Shown here piece after piece: positions 10,004 through 20,885 of a stretch of 43,292 nucleotides of DNA (position 1 is its first letter; every line of letters begins with the position of its first letter). Under the pieces are notes generated by a model. That model did not search any database. It was not told the origin of the DNA and saw only the letters and a program-made list of their open reading frames with translations. The stretch lies in the sequence record SRR22947727_339, one strand, 5' to 3'. The position numbers were made by a program, and so were the translations under genes.

Positions 10004-10438
10004 TTACCAAATTCCTAAACTTAATAATTTGGCTCTTAATTCTGATGGCAAGTTGATATATTGTGCATCATTACTAATATCTTTTGGTACATCTTCAGGT
10101 TTCAAATAACGCCAACCCTGAAAAGCGCGCCTGGGGCTAGGATCAACTGGAATTATTTTAGGATTCATTAATATAGAACAAGCTCGTCTACCATCTTTTG
10201 TTTTGGTTTCTTCTAAAGCTACAATCTCATTTCTACATTGAATAAAACCCTTAATTACCCAATAAATAGAGCCGCCCTGTAATAACTCTTCTTTATTTTT
10301 TGGAAACATACGTGTCCGGTGTTCATGAAAAGGAGAAAGTCCTCTCTGAACCCGGCGGCGAACAACTAGTTTTTGCCAATCTCTAAGAGTTGATATCGTT
10401 TCAGAGCCAACAGATAACTTTTGTAAATGTATTGTCAT
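10004..10438 (-). CDS. DUF1489 family protein
   Basis: 'LQKLSVG', 'HRTRMFPK', 'GGSIYWVIKG', 'PRRAFQGWRYL'. Confidence 0.88.
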   Translation of the reverse strand: MTIHLQKLSVGSETISTLRDWQKLVVRRRVQRGLSPFHEHRTRMFPKNKEELLQGGSIYWVIKGFIQCRNEIVALEETKTKDGRRACSILMNPKIIPVDPSPRRAFQGWRYLKPEDVPKDISNDAQYINLPSELRAKLLSLGIW

Positions 10439-10500
10439 TATATGAATACGTATAAATATTAGTTAGTGATTATCTTTAAGTTTGTATCAAGGTAAACAAA

Positions 10501-11859
10501 CTATAATAATATAAAAACAGCTAATGCTAAGAATATAAAAAAGCCTATTATATCAGTAACTGTAGTAACAAATACAGACGAGGAAACGGCAGGGTCTGCT
10601 CCAAATTTCTTAAGACCCAGGGGAACTAATATTCCCGCAAGTCCTGCAAATATATGATTGATAATCATAGCAACAAAAGCAACCATGGAGAGTTTTAAAT
10701 CTTGGAACCAAATATAAGAAATTAATCCCAAAGAAAATGCAAAAATAAAACCAATGATCATAGCAGCAATCGCTTCACGCTGGACTGAGCGCCAGGCTGT
10801 TTGATTAGTCAAATCTCTTTCTGTTAAATTACGAACTGCAACGGTCAGAGCCTGAGTTCCCGCATTTCCTCCCATTGATGCAACTATTGGCATAAGAATA
10901 GCAAGAGCAACAATCTGTGTTATAGCATAATCAAACTGTGCAATTACTATTGAGGCCAGAATCGATGTTATTAAATTTATAAACAACCAAGGAGCTCTGG
11001 CTCTTACAATATCAAAAGATGTATCTGTCAGACTTGCCTCAGTAACACCGGCTAACGCAAGAATATCTTCTTTATTTTCATTTTGAATAATTTCAATGAT
11101 ATCATCAACGGTCATAATTCCTGATAATCTCCCATGATCATCAACAACAGGGGCTGAAATTAAATTATATTTTTCAAATAAATATGCTGCCTCTTCTTGA
11201 TCCATACTCTGACTTATTTTTATTATAGAACTGTCCATAATATGACTTAAAGGTGTATCTCTTGTTGACCTCATAATTGTAGAAAGCGGTACATATCCTA
11301 TAGGCATAAAATGAGTATCTATAACCCAAATATTAAAAAACAAGTCAGGTAACTCTCTACCGTCCTCTCTCATATGATCTATAGTATCACCCACGGTCCA
11401 AAATGGGGGAGCAGCAACAAATTCGCGCTGCATTAATCTACCAATAGTCTCCTCATCAAACCTTAATGAAGCTTCTAGTGTGGCACGATCATAGGGCTCT
11501 AAGGCCTTGAAAACTTCTTCTCGTTGCGCATCTTCCATTTCTTCGATAATTTGTGTGGCATCATCGTTATCAAGCTCAGTAATAGCTGACGCTAATTTTC
11601 TTGAGGTTAAAAGAGGTAATATATCCTCTACTATTTCATCCTCAAGCTCTGCTAAGACATCGGCTGATATAAGTTTAGGCGCAGTCTGAATCACAAACTC
11701 TCGTTGCTCAGATGTAAGTTGTTCAAATTGGTCAGAAAAATCTGCAGGATGGAGTGAAGTTAATTGATCCTCTAAATTACTTTTATCTAATAATTCAAAA
11801 GCTAATAATATTTTATTTTCAGAGTTTTCAGAAGGTAATATAATATTGGGTTTTTCCAT
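10501..11859 (-). CDS. mgtE: Magnesium transporter MgtE
   Basis: N-domain 'LHPAD', CBS pair ('GRLM...APVVD..GRLSGIMTVDD'), TM motifs 'GGNAGTQ' and 'DPAVSSSVFVTTVTD'; AGGAG RBS. Confidence 0.96.
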   Translation of the reverse strand: MEKPNIILPSENSENKILLAFELLDKSNLEDQLTSLHPADFSDQFEQLTSEQREFVIQTAPKLISADVLAELEDEIVEDILPLLTSRKLASAITELDNDDATQIIEEMEDAQREEVFKALEPYDRATLEASLRFDEETIGRLMQREFVAAPPFWTVGDTIDHMREDGRELPDLFFNIWVIDTHFMPIGYVPLSTIMRSTRDTPLSHIMDSSIIKISQSMDQEEAAYLFEKYNLISAPVVDDHGRLSGIMTVDDIIEIIQNENKEDILALAGVTEASLTDTSFDIVRARAPWLFINLITSILASIVIAQFDYAITQIVALAILMPIVASMGGNAGTQALTVAVRNLTERDLTNQTAWRSVQREAIAAMIIGFIFAFSLGLISYIWFQDLKLSMVAFVAMIINHIFAGLAGILVPLGLKKFGADPAVSSSVFVTTVTDIIGFFIFLALAVFILL

Positions 11860-11945
11860 TACTTTCTCCTATTACGCTTAAAAAAATTATGGGTTATATA
11901 TCTTCTATGTCTTGCTTACTTTTAGCTAAAAGGTCAATAAAGCAT

Positions 11946-12407
11946 ATGGAATTTAAGCTTATAACAATTGCATCTGGCTTTATACTTGTATTATTTTCAA
12001 TAGCTTTAGGCTGGATTGATTATAGAACTCACCGTCTTCCAAATAAACTTACGTTTTCTTTAATGCTTGTTGGTTTATTAAATGGGTACATAACAAACAA
12101 GGCAATAGAAAGCTTTATTGGTCTTGCACTCGGTTATTTAATATTTTTTAGTTTGGAGTATTTTTATAAAATTATAAAAAACAAAGAGGCTATAGGTCGT
12201 GGTGATGCCAAGCTTTTAGCCGCCGGCGGCGCATGGTGCGGGTGGGTTGGTCTCCCATACATAATATTGATAGCTAGCAGTACAGGGTTATTGGCTGTAC
12301 TATTTTTTAAAAAAAATTTACTCAAATCAAATGGACATATTCCATTTGGTCCTTTTCTTGCATTTGCTATAACTATGGTCTGGATCTCAAGCACTTACAT
12401 TTGGTAA
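11946..12407 (+). CDS. A24-family prepilin peptidase, short form lacking the N-terminal Cys/Zn domain
   Basis: Catalytic Asp motifs 'WIDYRTHRLPN' and 'IGRGDAKL'; C-terminal 'IPFGPFLA'. ATG 11946 is my preferred start; 11889 is the alternative. Confidence 0.85.
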   Translation: MEFKLITIASGFILVLFSIALGWIDYRTHRLPNKLTFSLMLVGLLNGYITNKAIESFIGLALGYLIFFSLEYFYKIIKNKEAIGRGDAKLLAAGGAWCGWVGLPYIILIASSTGLLAVLFFKKNLLKSNGHIPFGPFLAFAITMVWISSTYIW

Positions 12408-12422
12408 CCGTAGTTATATATT

Positions 12423-13145
12423 TTAAAGCCAAGTCCCCTGCTCCATCAGGCTATAATCAGAACCTAGTTTTTCAAACCCAAAAAGTGGGAGTACTAAATC
12501 AGCATAGGGGTCTAAAGTTTTTACCAGTACTTTGAGGGTATAATTACCATTCATTGATAGTCTAATATCAGCAGTGATGGTTTGATTACCTTCTTCACCA
12601 ATTAAACGAGAAAAAATATCACCATTATTGCATGAAATTTGACCTGATAATAAAGGCCCTGCCCAGTTCCATTTTAAAGCATTTTTCATTAGAAAATTAG
12701 TCGAAAAGTTCCCCTTAGACGTTATGCAGCCTTGTTTATTCCAAAAAATTTCATCCAAATTAATTTTAACTTGCCCGTTAAGACCCTGAAGTCGTCCATC
12801 ACGGGTGGGAAGCTTAGATAGCTGTCCAATAAAGTTAATATTTTTAAATATGTTTTGCGAAGCATCTCCAGAAATAGTCATAGACGGGGAAATAGTTTGA
12901 AAGGAAAATGGCAATTGGTTTTCCAAGTAATTTTTTATATCAAGCTTAATATGTACATTCCCTATGTCCCGTAAGTTCCATAAATGACCTTCCCATACAG
13001 AGCCGGATGCATCCACTTCTTTAAATCCATATTTTTGAATTACCCCATTAGCAAACCATGATAATGGCATGTGCAATACTAATGCAAGAATGCACCCTAA
13101 AGAGGCAAATAAAATGTATAGCTTTTGCATTATACTATTTATCAT
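12423..13145 (-). CDS. gspN: Type II secretion protein N
   Basis: N-terminal TM, 'LHMPLSW', 'ASGSVWEG', 'LSGQISCNNG'; directly downstream of gspD. Confidence 0.75.
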   Translation of the reverse strand: MINSIMQKLYILFASLGCILALVLHMPLSWFANGVIQKYGFKEVDASGSVWEGHLWNLRDIGNVHIKLDIKNYLENQLPFSFQTISPSMTISGDASQNIFKNINFIGQLSKLPTRDGRLQGLNGQVKINLDEIFWNKQGCITSKGNFSTNFLMKNALKWNWAGPLLSGQISCNNGDIFSRLIGEEGNQTITADIRLSMNGNYTLKVLVKTLDPYADLVLPLFGFEKLGSDYSLMEQGTWL

Positions 13146-15042
13146 TAAGCGGGGTAGATTGGCCTTTATCTAAAAGATAGTCATCTATTTTTGAACTAGA
13201 ACGCTGAGATTGTAGCATATCCTCTCTCCTAGCTCGGCTTAAAAGTTCTTGGGTAAGAGGACGAGCATCGGAAGCACTTCTGATTATTTTAGGGCGTAAA
13301 AACACCATCAAATTAGTTTTTTTACGCGACTTTCCTTTTGACTGAAAAGCTCTTCCAACTATTGGCAAGTCACCCAAAAATGGAACCTTTGAAAAATCAA
13401 TCTGCTCGTCATCCTGAAGCAATCCACCCAGAACAATAATCTCTCCATCATTAGCGAGAACAGTTGTAGCAATTTCACGCTTATTTGTCACAAAATCAGA
13501 AGATAATGATGTAATTGCGCCAGCAATTGACGAGACTTCTTGTTTTATTTCAAGTCGAATAACGTCTCCTTCAGATATCTGAGGCAAGACTTCAAGTTTA
13601 ATACCAACCTCCTTTCTTTCAAAGGTTCTGAAAGGATTAATATTGTTTGAACCCATACCTAAACTTTCGCCTGTTGTAATAGGTATCTCTTGGCCAACTA
13701 GAAATGTAGCAGGAACATTATCCAATGTTGTAACAAATGGCGTAGATAAAATATTTGAATCTTCATCGGTTTCAAGTGCATTAATGACAACAGAATATAA
13801 CATATCATTATCAACGCCGCTTAAGCCAGCTAATCCGCCATCTGAACCTGCTAATGAATTAAGTAAGTTAGCTTGTTCTATAGTATCAAATCCGTCTTGT
13901 GCACCTGCAGCCAATGCAGCTACTCCAAGAATATTTGGAGCTGAACGCGAAAAATTTGATGATAAAAGAGGAACACTACTGCCATTTAATCCAGCTAATG
14001 CAAATTGTACGCCAAGCTCTTTAGCTGTTGTATCTGAAATCTCAACAATAATAGCCTCAACTAAAACCTGAGGGCGGCGCACATCCAACCTTCTAATTAT
14101 TTGCTCTAAAGCAACTTGTGTTTCACCAGAAGCACTTATTACCAAAGTATTGCTCTCTGCATCATAAGCTACCGTAGGTAAAGACTGCCCCTCAATTTGG
14201 TAATTAGGCAAAAGATTCACAAGCAAATCAATTATGGAAGCTCCATCGGCATATCGAAGGGGGACAATACTAACAGCCCCCCTTGGATTAACACTACCAT
14301 CTTCCAATGCATTAAGTATGCGTTTTAATTTTATTAAATCTGCTTTAGTTCCTTCGATAACAATACTGTTTGAACCAGGCACTGCTACAACATTATAAGT
14401 AGGTTTCGCACCCCCTAAACTCTTTAAAACTTCTTCAGCATCTGAAGCTAAAAGATTTTTTAACCTAATCGTTTCAATCTCCGAATCTTTAACATCTAAT
14501 ACTTTAACAATTTCACGGGCTTTTCTTAAGTTCTCAGGAAAGTCAGTAATAACTAATACTTTACCTCCTGGGCTTGCTGTAAGCTGGCCCTGACTATGCA
14601 TAACAGGTTTAATTAAGCGTGCAGCCTCAGAGGCTTCGTTATTTTGTAACTTTATAACAATTGTTGCAAATCTTCCATTAAATCCATTGCCAGTCGTAAA
14701 AGGGGCATCTTGAGCTGCGCCCTGGATTAATGTAATGCGATATTCACCAGTGGCAGTACGAACAACGGTATAACCATGAACCCGCATAACATCTTTAAAT
14801 ACTTCAAAGACCTCCCTTTTTGATAAAGATTGCTCAGAAGAAATCGTAACTTTACCCTGCACCCGAGGGTCAACTATAAAGGTGTTCCCAGTAACTATAG
14901 AAACATCATTAATAAAGGCTCTAATCTCTGCCTCCTGCATAGTAATAAGATGATCACCATTACTATAGGCAGGAGTATTAAACCCAGTAAAAATAATTAA
15001 ACATGAAAGCAAGGCAATGTAAAATTTTTGTTTTATTCTCAT
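13135..15042 (-). CDS. gspD: Type II secretion secretin GspD
   Basis: 'FIVDPRVQGKVTI', 'LDVRRPQVLVEAIIVE', 'NILSTP', 'VGQEIP', 'VGIKLEVLPQI', 'SKVPFLGDLP', 'NLMVFLRPKII'. Confidence 0.96.
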   Translation of the reverse strand: MRIKQKFYIALLSCLIIFTGFNTPAYSNGDHLITMQEAEIRAFINDVSIVTGNTFIVDPRVQGKVTISSEQSLSKREVFEVFKDVMRVHGYTVVRTATGEYRITLIQGAAQDAPFTTGNGFNGRFATIVIKLQNNEASEAARLIKPVMHSQGQLTASPGGKVLVITDFPENLRKAREIVKVLDVKDSEIETIRLKNLLASDAEEVLKSLGGAKPTYNVVAVPGSNSIVIEGTKADLIKLKRILNALEDGSVNPRGAVSIVPLRYADGASIIDLLVNLLPNYQIEGQSLPTVAYDAESNTLVISASGETQVALEQIIRRLDVRRPQVLVEAIIVEISDTTAKELGVQFALAGLNGSSVPLLSSNFSRSAPNILGVAALAAGAQDGFDTIEQANLLNSLAGSDGGLAGLSGVDNDMLYSVVINALETDEDSNILSTPFVTTLDNVPATFLVGQEIPITTGESLGMGSNNINPFRTFERKEVGIKLEVLPQISEGDVIRLEIKQEVSSIAGAITSLSSDFVTNKREIATTVLANDGEIIVLGGLLQDDEQIDFSKVPFLGDLPIVGRAFQSKGKSRKKTNLMVFLRPKIIRSASDARPLTQELLSRARREDMLQSQRSSSKIDDYLLDKGQSTPLNDK

Positions 15043-15863
15043 GATTGCAATCCAATTTTTATTTTTTCTGTCTGACCATTTCTAATTATTGTCAAAACAA
15101 CATTACCACTTTTTTTCGACTGCTCAAATAGTTTAACAAAGTTTGGACTCCCAACAGTAATATCAACACCGTCTATTGCAGTAATGATATCTTCCTTTAA
15201 AAAACCAAATTTTATTAAATCCATATTAGGTTGGTTTGGCTTAATTGAGTATCCCATCAACTTACCTGCGTTGTTGACCCTTCTTAAAGAAACATTTTGA
15301 AACAAAAGACTAACATCAAAATCAGAACTTTTACTCATCAAGCTGTCTTCGCTTAAGCTTATATTTTTTTTAGAAGCGTTATATTTATCGCTTAGGCCTG
15401 TTATTTCTCCCCTGTCAAAGGTAAGTCTTTGTATTTTGCCATCAACATCTATAATTATATAATTTTTCTGAACAGATTGCAGGAAAACGCCAGGGTATAT
15501 TAATTCTCCTACTTTATAGCTTTTATCTTTTTCATCTGACTTTTTTAAAATGGCAGAACCATTAGGTCCTGCTATCATACCCGTAAGAATTAAGTTTAAA
15601 GTTGTTTCAGGAGCGTCCTGTTCAATTTTCATTTGGATATTAGACTCTACAGCTGATTTTCTATTAAAAGGATCAACCTCAAATTTAAAAATTTCTTTAT
15701 CAGGGATTAAACTACTTTCATTTTTTTTAATCTCTAGTCTAGAAGGCATCCAAGCAGACGATGGAGAAATATAACTAATAATTGATTTAGCTAATACATA
15801 AAAAATAGCACAAACAATTATTAAGCTTGTAAAACGAAATGCAGGTGTAATTAACTTTTTCAT
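15039..15863 (-). CDS. gspC: Type II secretion protein C with HR and PDZ domains
   Basis: N-terminal TM, 'DPF', 'APETTLNLILTG' HR domain, C-terminal PDZ ('GF..EDIITAIDG...LTIIRNG'); ATGA overlap with gspD. Confidence 0.88.
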   Translation of the reverse strand: MKKLITPAFRFTSLIIVCAIFYVLAKSIISYISPSSAWMPSRLEIKKNESSLIPDKEIFKFEVDPFNRKSAVESNIQMKIEQDAPETTLNLILTGMIAGPNGSAILKKSDEKDKSYKVGELIYPGVFLQSVQKNYIIIDVDGKIQRLTFDRGEITGLSDKYNASKKNISLSEDSLMSKSSDFDVSLLFQNVSLRRVNNAGKLMGYSIKPNQPNMDLIKFGFLKEDIITAIDGVDITVGSPNFVKLFEQSKKSGNVVLTIIRNGQTEKIKIGLQS

Positions 15864-15900
15864 TAAACTAATATCACTATCATAGATAAATGCATCTAAT

Positions 15901-17463
15901 TTACTCTTTTAAAGTTGTACCAGAAGAGTTGGTTTCGATTGATTGTAAATATTTTGGTCGCTCGCGCATACCCCCGCTGACTTGTTCATATGCATATCCC
16001 ATTGATATCACTTCTTTGTCTTTCCCCGCCCCGCTAATAAAAGAGAGGCCCGTTGGTAAGTTTTTGTAAGTCCCCATCGGTACAGTAATATGCGGATAAC
16101 CTGCAATAGCTGGAATCCAACCTGCACCTGTGCCCCCGGGATAAGTATCTCCATACATATGGTCTATTAAAAATGTTGGAGCGGCACTTGGAGTCGTAAG
16201 AAAATCAACGTTATATTGCTTCATTAGTTTATCAATACCATTTTTTCGAGTTGCATTCAGTATTAATTCCAATGAATTCTTATAGTCTTCGGAATTTAAA
16301 TCCTCTAATTTTTCAGATGCTAAAAATATAGATTGGTCAAATATTTCAAGTTCTCTCAAATCTTTTTTATTAAATTCAATTAAATCTTTAAGGCTTCTTA
16401 CCTCAACATCAAGGTTAGTAGTGGAAAGGTAATTATTGAGTGTTGATTTAAATTCATACTTCAAAACCTTATAGGCAGCTTCAAAAAAACCTTCGCCAGG
16501 CTCCCAGGACTCTATTTCCACAAAATCAAATCCTTTGGCTTTTAATTCTTCGATAGCTTTATCAAAGTTATTATTAACTCCAAAGTTATTACCCTTTGCA
16601 AAATTTAATATTCCTATAGTTGTATTCTGTGGAACAATCTTATCTAAATTACTTACATAACTACCATCATTGTCTGTCATTGCATCCATCATTATGGCTG
16701 CCCCTTCAACAGTAAGTGTCATCGGACCGGCTGTGTCTTGTGTAGAAGAAATCGGAATGATATGTTTTTGAGATAAGAGGCCTACAGTCGGCTTAAAGCC
16801 AACTATTCCGTTCATAGTTGATGGACATATAATAGATCCATTGGTTTCAGTTCCTATGGCCGCTGCAACAATACCTGATGCAACCGCAGCACCGCTACCA
16901 GAACTTGATCCACAGGGCGAACGGTTAAGCACATGAGGGTTTTTTACTTGCCCTCGAACTGAGGACCAGCCACTCGTTGATGATTCAGATCTAAAATTAG
17001 CCCATTGCGATAAATTAGTCTTACCTAGAATTACTGCGCCACTATCTCTTAGTTTCTTCACCACAGGAGAGTCACGATTGTTTTTATTATTTTTTAAAGC
17101 CCAACTTCCCCCAGTAGTAGGCAGGTCATCTTTTGTCTCTACATTATCTTTTATAAGAATAGGTTTCCCATAAAGAGGCCCATATTCTTTATTCTCTTCC
17201 ATTTTAGCATCCAGTTTTTGAGCTATTTCTAATGCTTTTGGGTTTACAGAAAGAACGCTTTGTAGGTTAGGGCCTCTTTTATCTATATTATCAATTCGAG
17301 CTAATGCTTTTGAAACAAGTTCTTCTGATGAAAATCCACTCTCTGACAATACTGGAGCGAAAGTATTAGCATCAATTCTCTCCTGAAGCTCTGATTTTAC
17401 TTCGATACATCCTGATAAAATAATAATCGATGTAACCAGCAAAGAATATTTATTTAACTTCAT
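15901..17463 (-). CDS. Amidase-signature family enzyme, predicted lipoprotein
   Basis: 'ILIKDN', '[13 protein letters not shown]', 'GSSSGSG', 'GTETNGSI' (Lys-cisSer-Ser triad); lipobox 'LSGC'. Confidence 0.92.
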   Translation of the reverse strand: MKLNKYSLLVTSIIILSGCIEVKSELQERIDANTFAPVLSESGFSSEELVSKALARIDNIDKRGPNLQSVLSVNPKALEIAQKLDAKMEENKEYGPLYGKPILIKDNVETKDDLPTTGGSWALKNNKNNRDSPVVKKLRDSGAVILGKTNLSQWANFRSESSTSGWSSVRGQVKNPHVLNRSPCGSSSGSGAAVASGIVAAAIGTETNGSIICPSTMNGIVGFKPTVGLLSQKHIIPISSTQDTAGPMTLTVEGAAIMMDAMTDNDGSYVSNLDKIVPQNTTIGILNFAKGNNFGVNNNFDKAIEELKAKGFDFVEIESWEPGEGFFEAAYKVLKYEFKSTLNNYLSTTNLDVEVRSLKDLIEFNKKDLRELEIFDQSIFLASEKLEDLNSEDYKNSLELILNATRKNGIDKLMKQYNVDFLTTPSAAPTFLIDHMYGDTYPGGTGAGWIPAIAGYPHITVPMGTYKNLPTGLSFISGAGKDKEVISMGYAYEQVSGGMRERPKYLQSIETNSSGTTLKE

Positions 17464-17539
17464 ATAGATACCTAATTTAAAAATTAGATTAAAGCCGATT
17501 TTTAAATTATTTGAAAGGGTTAAGCTAAGAAATTCTTAA

Positions 17540-18955
17540 TTAAAGAAAACCTAGGTTTTTTTCGCTAAAGTTATTTAAATTAGGCAAGGCATCATTTAAT
17601 TCGTTTTGATCTAAGCCAAACCAGCCCCCAAGTGTAGCAGCATACTGATCAACAGAAGTAGATGGAATTAACCTTCCTCGGTCACCTGTATAAGCGAGAT
17701 CACTTCTATCATAGAGTGGTATTTCACCATATATTTTTTGGCCTTTGACAGCTCCCCCAACAACAAGATGATGGGCCCCCCACCCATGATCCGTACCATC
17801 ACCATTTTCAACGGCAGTTCGGCCAAAATCCGATGCTGTAAAAAGAGTAACTTGATCTGATAAACCCATCTCCTCCATAGCGTTTTGGAAGGAATTAATT
17901 GAAGTTGATATCTGGGTTTCTAATCTGGGCATATTGGTATGCTGATTATCATGAGTATCAAATCCGCCTATCGCAACGTAAAATATTTGTCTCCTGACAT
18001 TAAGGTTATTGCGCGCTGAAATTGTATTAGCTACGGTTCTTAATTGATTGCCAAGGTGACTATCAGGAAATTGAGTGTTAATTCCAACGGAGTTATTTAA
18101 AGCGGATTTATAAGTTTCTATATTTCTGATGGCACGACCATTGATATCGATAAGGTCTTTTCCAAATAAATTATCTGAAGTTACACCCGTCGCATTAAGG
18201 TGATCTCTAAGAGCATTAATAGCTGTATTAGAGGAGCTTCCCGTTCCTAAACGCCAATTTTGCTCTAAAATATTCGCAGAGCTAGGGCTTCCCTTTGCTA
18301 AAAACTGTCTGACATTAGTACTTGATAAAAATACATCGTTACCGCTTGTTGATATAGCTGAAAACACTGGGTCTGAAGAAACATCAGCTTGAAGAATAGG
18401 CTCCAAAAGGCGTCCCCCCCAACCACTTTGTGTACCTTCCGTTCCAAAGCTCATCCAAGTAGACTGCTGATCATTATGCGAAAATAGCCGCGTAGGAAGT
18501 TGAACCGATCCATTATTCATACTTGTACGGTTTGTGGGCTCTATTAATGGGCCAACGTTGCCCACAATTGCGGCTTGGCCTGTATTAAATAAGTTTTGCA
18601 ATTCTGGTACACCCGATGAAAATCCAAATTTACGTCCTCCTAAATTGCTATTAAGGGCGTTAATCTCTAATATGTTGTCAATATCTCGGGACGAATTTCC
18701 GCTGCCAACACCATAGGCTTCAAACATTCCAGGCCTCACACTTGCGAGTGCGTTGTATGATGGAAGGTCTTTTGGTAAGATAAAATCCATACTATCCATG
18801 CCGCCCTTAAGAAACACGCACACAAGAGCCTTGTAACCATTAACTTCGGCTGAAAAAGCATTCAAGCTACCCATTGCGGCCAATAACCCAGTACTGGCCG
18901 AGAATCCAAGGGCACTTGAGGATTTTAAAAACCGTCTTCTGTTGATATATGACAT
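17540..18955 (-). CDS. DUF1501 family protein, Tat-exported
   Basis: Twin-arginine 'NRRRFLK'; 'YKALVCVFLKGG.D', 'LFSHNDQQ..W', 'GGFDTH', 'SDFGRT..ENGDGTDHGWG'. Confidence 0.9.
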   Translation of the reverse strand: MSYINRRRFLKSSSALGFSASTGLLAAMGSLNAFSAEVNGYKALVCVFLKGGMDSMDFILPKDLPSYNALASVRPGMFEAYGVGSGNSSRDIDNILEINALNSNLGGRKFGFSSGVPELQNLFNTGQAAIVGNVGPLIEPTNRTSMNNGSVQLPTRLFSHNDQQSTWMSFGTEGTQSGWGGRLLEPILQADVSSDPVFSAISTSGNDVFLSSTNVRQFLAKGSPSSANILEQNWRLGTGSSSNTAINALRDHLNATGVTSDNLFGKDLIDINGRAIRNIETYKSALNNSVGINTQFPDSHLGNQLRTVANTISARNNLNVRRQIFYVAIGGFDTHDNQHTNMPRLETQISTSINSFQNAMEEMGLSDQVTLFTASDFGRTAVENGDGTDHGWGAHHLVVGGAVKGQKIYGEIPLYDRSDLAYTGDRGRLIPSTSVDQYAATLGGWFGLDQNELNDALPNLNNFSEKNLGFL

Positions 18956-18966
18956 TTTACCCTACC

Positions 18967-20706
18967 TTATAATGCTAACGAAAACTCGGTTGATGTAACA
19001 GCAACATAGACTGCTACTGCGACGCGATTCCATCTATCATCAGAAGTATTATCTTCATGATCTAGCCGAATAGGCATTTCATTTAAGATCGTAACTATTC
19101 GTTCTTTTGTTGCATTTTTCATCATCCCTCCAAGTAGAAGAGTATCCAAATGCTCGGATAATTGGTCGGGCGTGTCCGCTAATGTAACTTCATAGCTGTA
19201 ATCAGGCGCAAAGCTATCAATTGCTTCATCCCGTATTGGTGAACTATTAAAAACATACTCTAACATCCAGTCATTATACCCTATAACTGAACCCTCATGG
19301 ATAATTTGCAATTCGGGTGCTGTTAATCCTTCGTTGCCGCTATATGATTGCGGGGCAATGAATCCTGGGCGGTAAAAATTAAAAACTGAGGGTGATTGAA
19401 AGGGTTGTTGACCTAGCCCCTCATTACTACGGGCATGAAATAAAAGAGCCCACTCATTTTCAGCAAATACATTACCCACATCAAAAGCTCTTGCCCAATG
19501 AATAAACTTAAGGACTGGTTCTCTTACCTTACCATCTTTATTTGATTTCTCTTCGCCGTTAAAAAATTGCTCATCGAGCAAGATAGCTGCTAAAGTTGCC
19601 TTTAGGTCACCCCTGTTTCCTAGTCCAAACTGAACATTATCTACAGATGTGTAACTACCAGTTTCGAAAGCAGTTGCTACGCGCTCTATATATTCAGGGG
19701 TTGGACTACTAGCCGTAAAACGCTGGATCAGGCGAGTGGCAATAAAGGGAGCAAGATTTGGGTGCTCAAATATATGATCAATCGCTTGATCTATTGCAGT
19801 ATCACCATCAACGTAAGCACCGATTGTTTTACCCAGAAATTGTTTTTCATTTTTACTATGATAATTTTGATACATTACCAAAGGAGAGGCTTGATCATAA
19901 TCATCACAATTCCAAAAATCTGATCCCTCACAGCTCAATCCTGTAAATACTCTCGCAAGCCCTACAATATCCTCATTAGTATAAGTTTCTACAGGATTTC
20001 CATTTACTAATTTTTGGGATCCATCCATATTTAGCTCGGTAACACCTAGGGTGAAAAGTTGTAGGAATTCTCTTGCGTAGTTTTCATCTGGGGTTTGAAG
20101 TGGGTTTTGGTTAGAATTATCTCTATTACGGAAATATGTTAAAAAATTAGCCATAGCTGGAGTATAAGTAATCTCTTTCAATAACTCTTTGTAGTTACCA
20201 AATGCATGCTTGTACAACGCGTCAACATAATGCGCATTAATACGTGGCCTATCACCCATATTTAAATCAGAAATAACTGTGATCTGTGACAAAGCGAATA
20301 CCATTCTTTGGCGTAGCTGGTCATCCGCATCAACCATGGCATTCCAAAAAGCTGAAGAATATGACCTATGCTGAATACCTATATTGTCGTCTGTATACTC
20401 CATTACAAAAGGCAAAATATAAGATGGAGGTTTAGCAAACTCCTCTAACACTAAATCCGAGGCATCTCTGTTAATGGCACCTGCTACGTCCTCGCCAGAG
20501 GCCCCAAATGTCATTTTAGATAAAAATGATACCGCTTCCTGATCAGAATTTATTTTTAACTTGGATGAAACAGGAGGTATTGGCGTAACTGAAACAGGCG
20601 GAGTATCATTTCCTCCGCCTCCACATGAAGTTAATAAAATGGCAACAGAAACAGTTAAAATAGTCTTCAAATTCTTATTAACTGCTTTTTTCATAAAATT
20701 TTTCAA
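18967..20706 (-). CDS. DUF1800 family protein, predicted lipoprotein
   Basis: Lipobox 'LTSC' then GGGG and a Pro-rich linker; 'DQLRQRMVFALSQI', 'PDENYAREFLQLFTLG', 'SPSVFNFY'. Confidence 0.9.
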   Translation of the reverse strand: MKNFMKKAVNKNLKTILTVSVAILLTSCGGGGNDTPPVSVTPIPPVSSKLKINSDQEAVSFLSKMTFGASGEDVAGAINRDASDLVLEEFAKPPSYILPFVMEYTDDNIGIQHRSYSSAFWNAMVDADDQLRQRMVFALSQITVISDLNMGDRPRINAHYVDALYKHAFGNYKELLKEITYTPAMANFLTYFRNRDNSNQNPLQTPDENYAREFLQLFTLGVTELNMDGSQKLVNGNPVETYTNEDIVGLARVFTGLSCEGSDFWNCDDYDQASPLVMYQNYHSKNEKQFLGKTIGAYVDGDTAIDQAIDHIFEHPNLAPFIATRLIQRFTASSPTPEYIERVATAFETGSYTSVDNVQFGLGNRGDLKATLAAILLDEQFFNGEEKSNKDGKVREPVLKFIHWARAFDVGNVFAENEWALLFHARSNEGLGQQPFQSPSVFNFYRPGFIAPQSYSGNEGLTAPELQIIHEGSVIGYNDWMLEYVFNSSPIRDEAIDSFAPDYSYEVTLADTPDQLSEHLDTLLLGGMMKNATKERIVTILNEMPIRLDHEDNTSDDRWNRVAVAVYVAVTSTEFSLAL

Positions 20707-20885
20707 CCCAACTCATTCAATAAATACTATTTATTATCATAATTTAATATTTGTCTAGTTAAAGTATCTTAATATTTAATTATATTAATAACTAAATTAC
20801 AATTTACATACACAGGCAATTAAGTCTATTGGGCTCTTACATCATTAATATTTATTCGTAATTGTACTCAAAGTTGGACTCAAAA

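Noticed and set aside
17464-17539. CtrA boxes (TTAA-N7-TTAA) in this and other intergenic regions
   Set aside because: The TTAA pairs I checked have 6- or 8-nt spacers, and TTAA is common by chance in AT-rich DNA.
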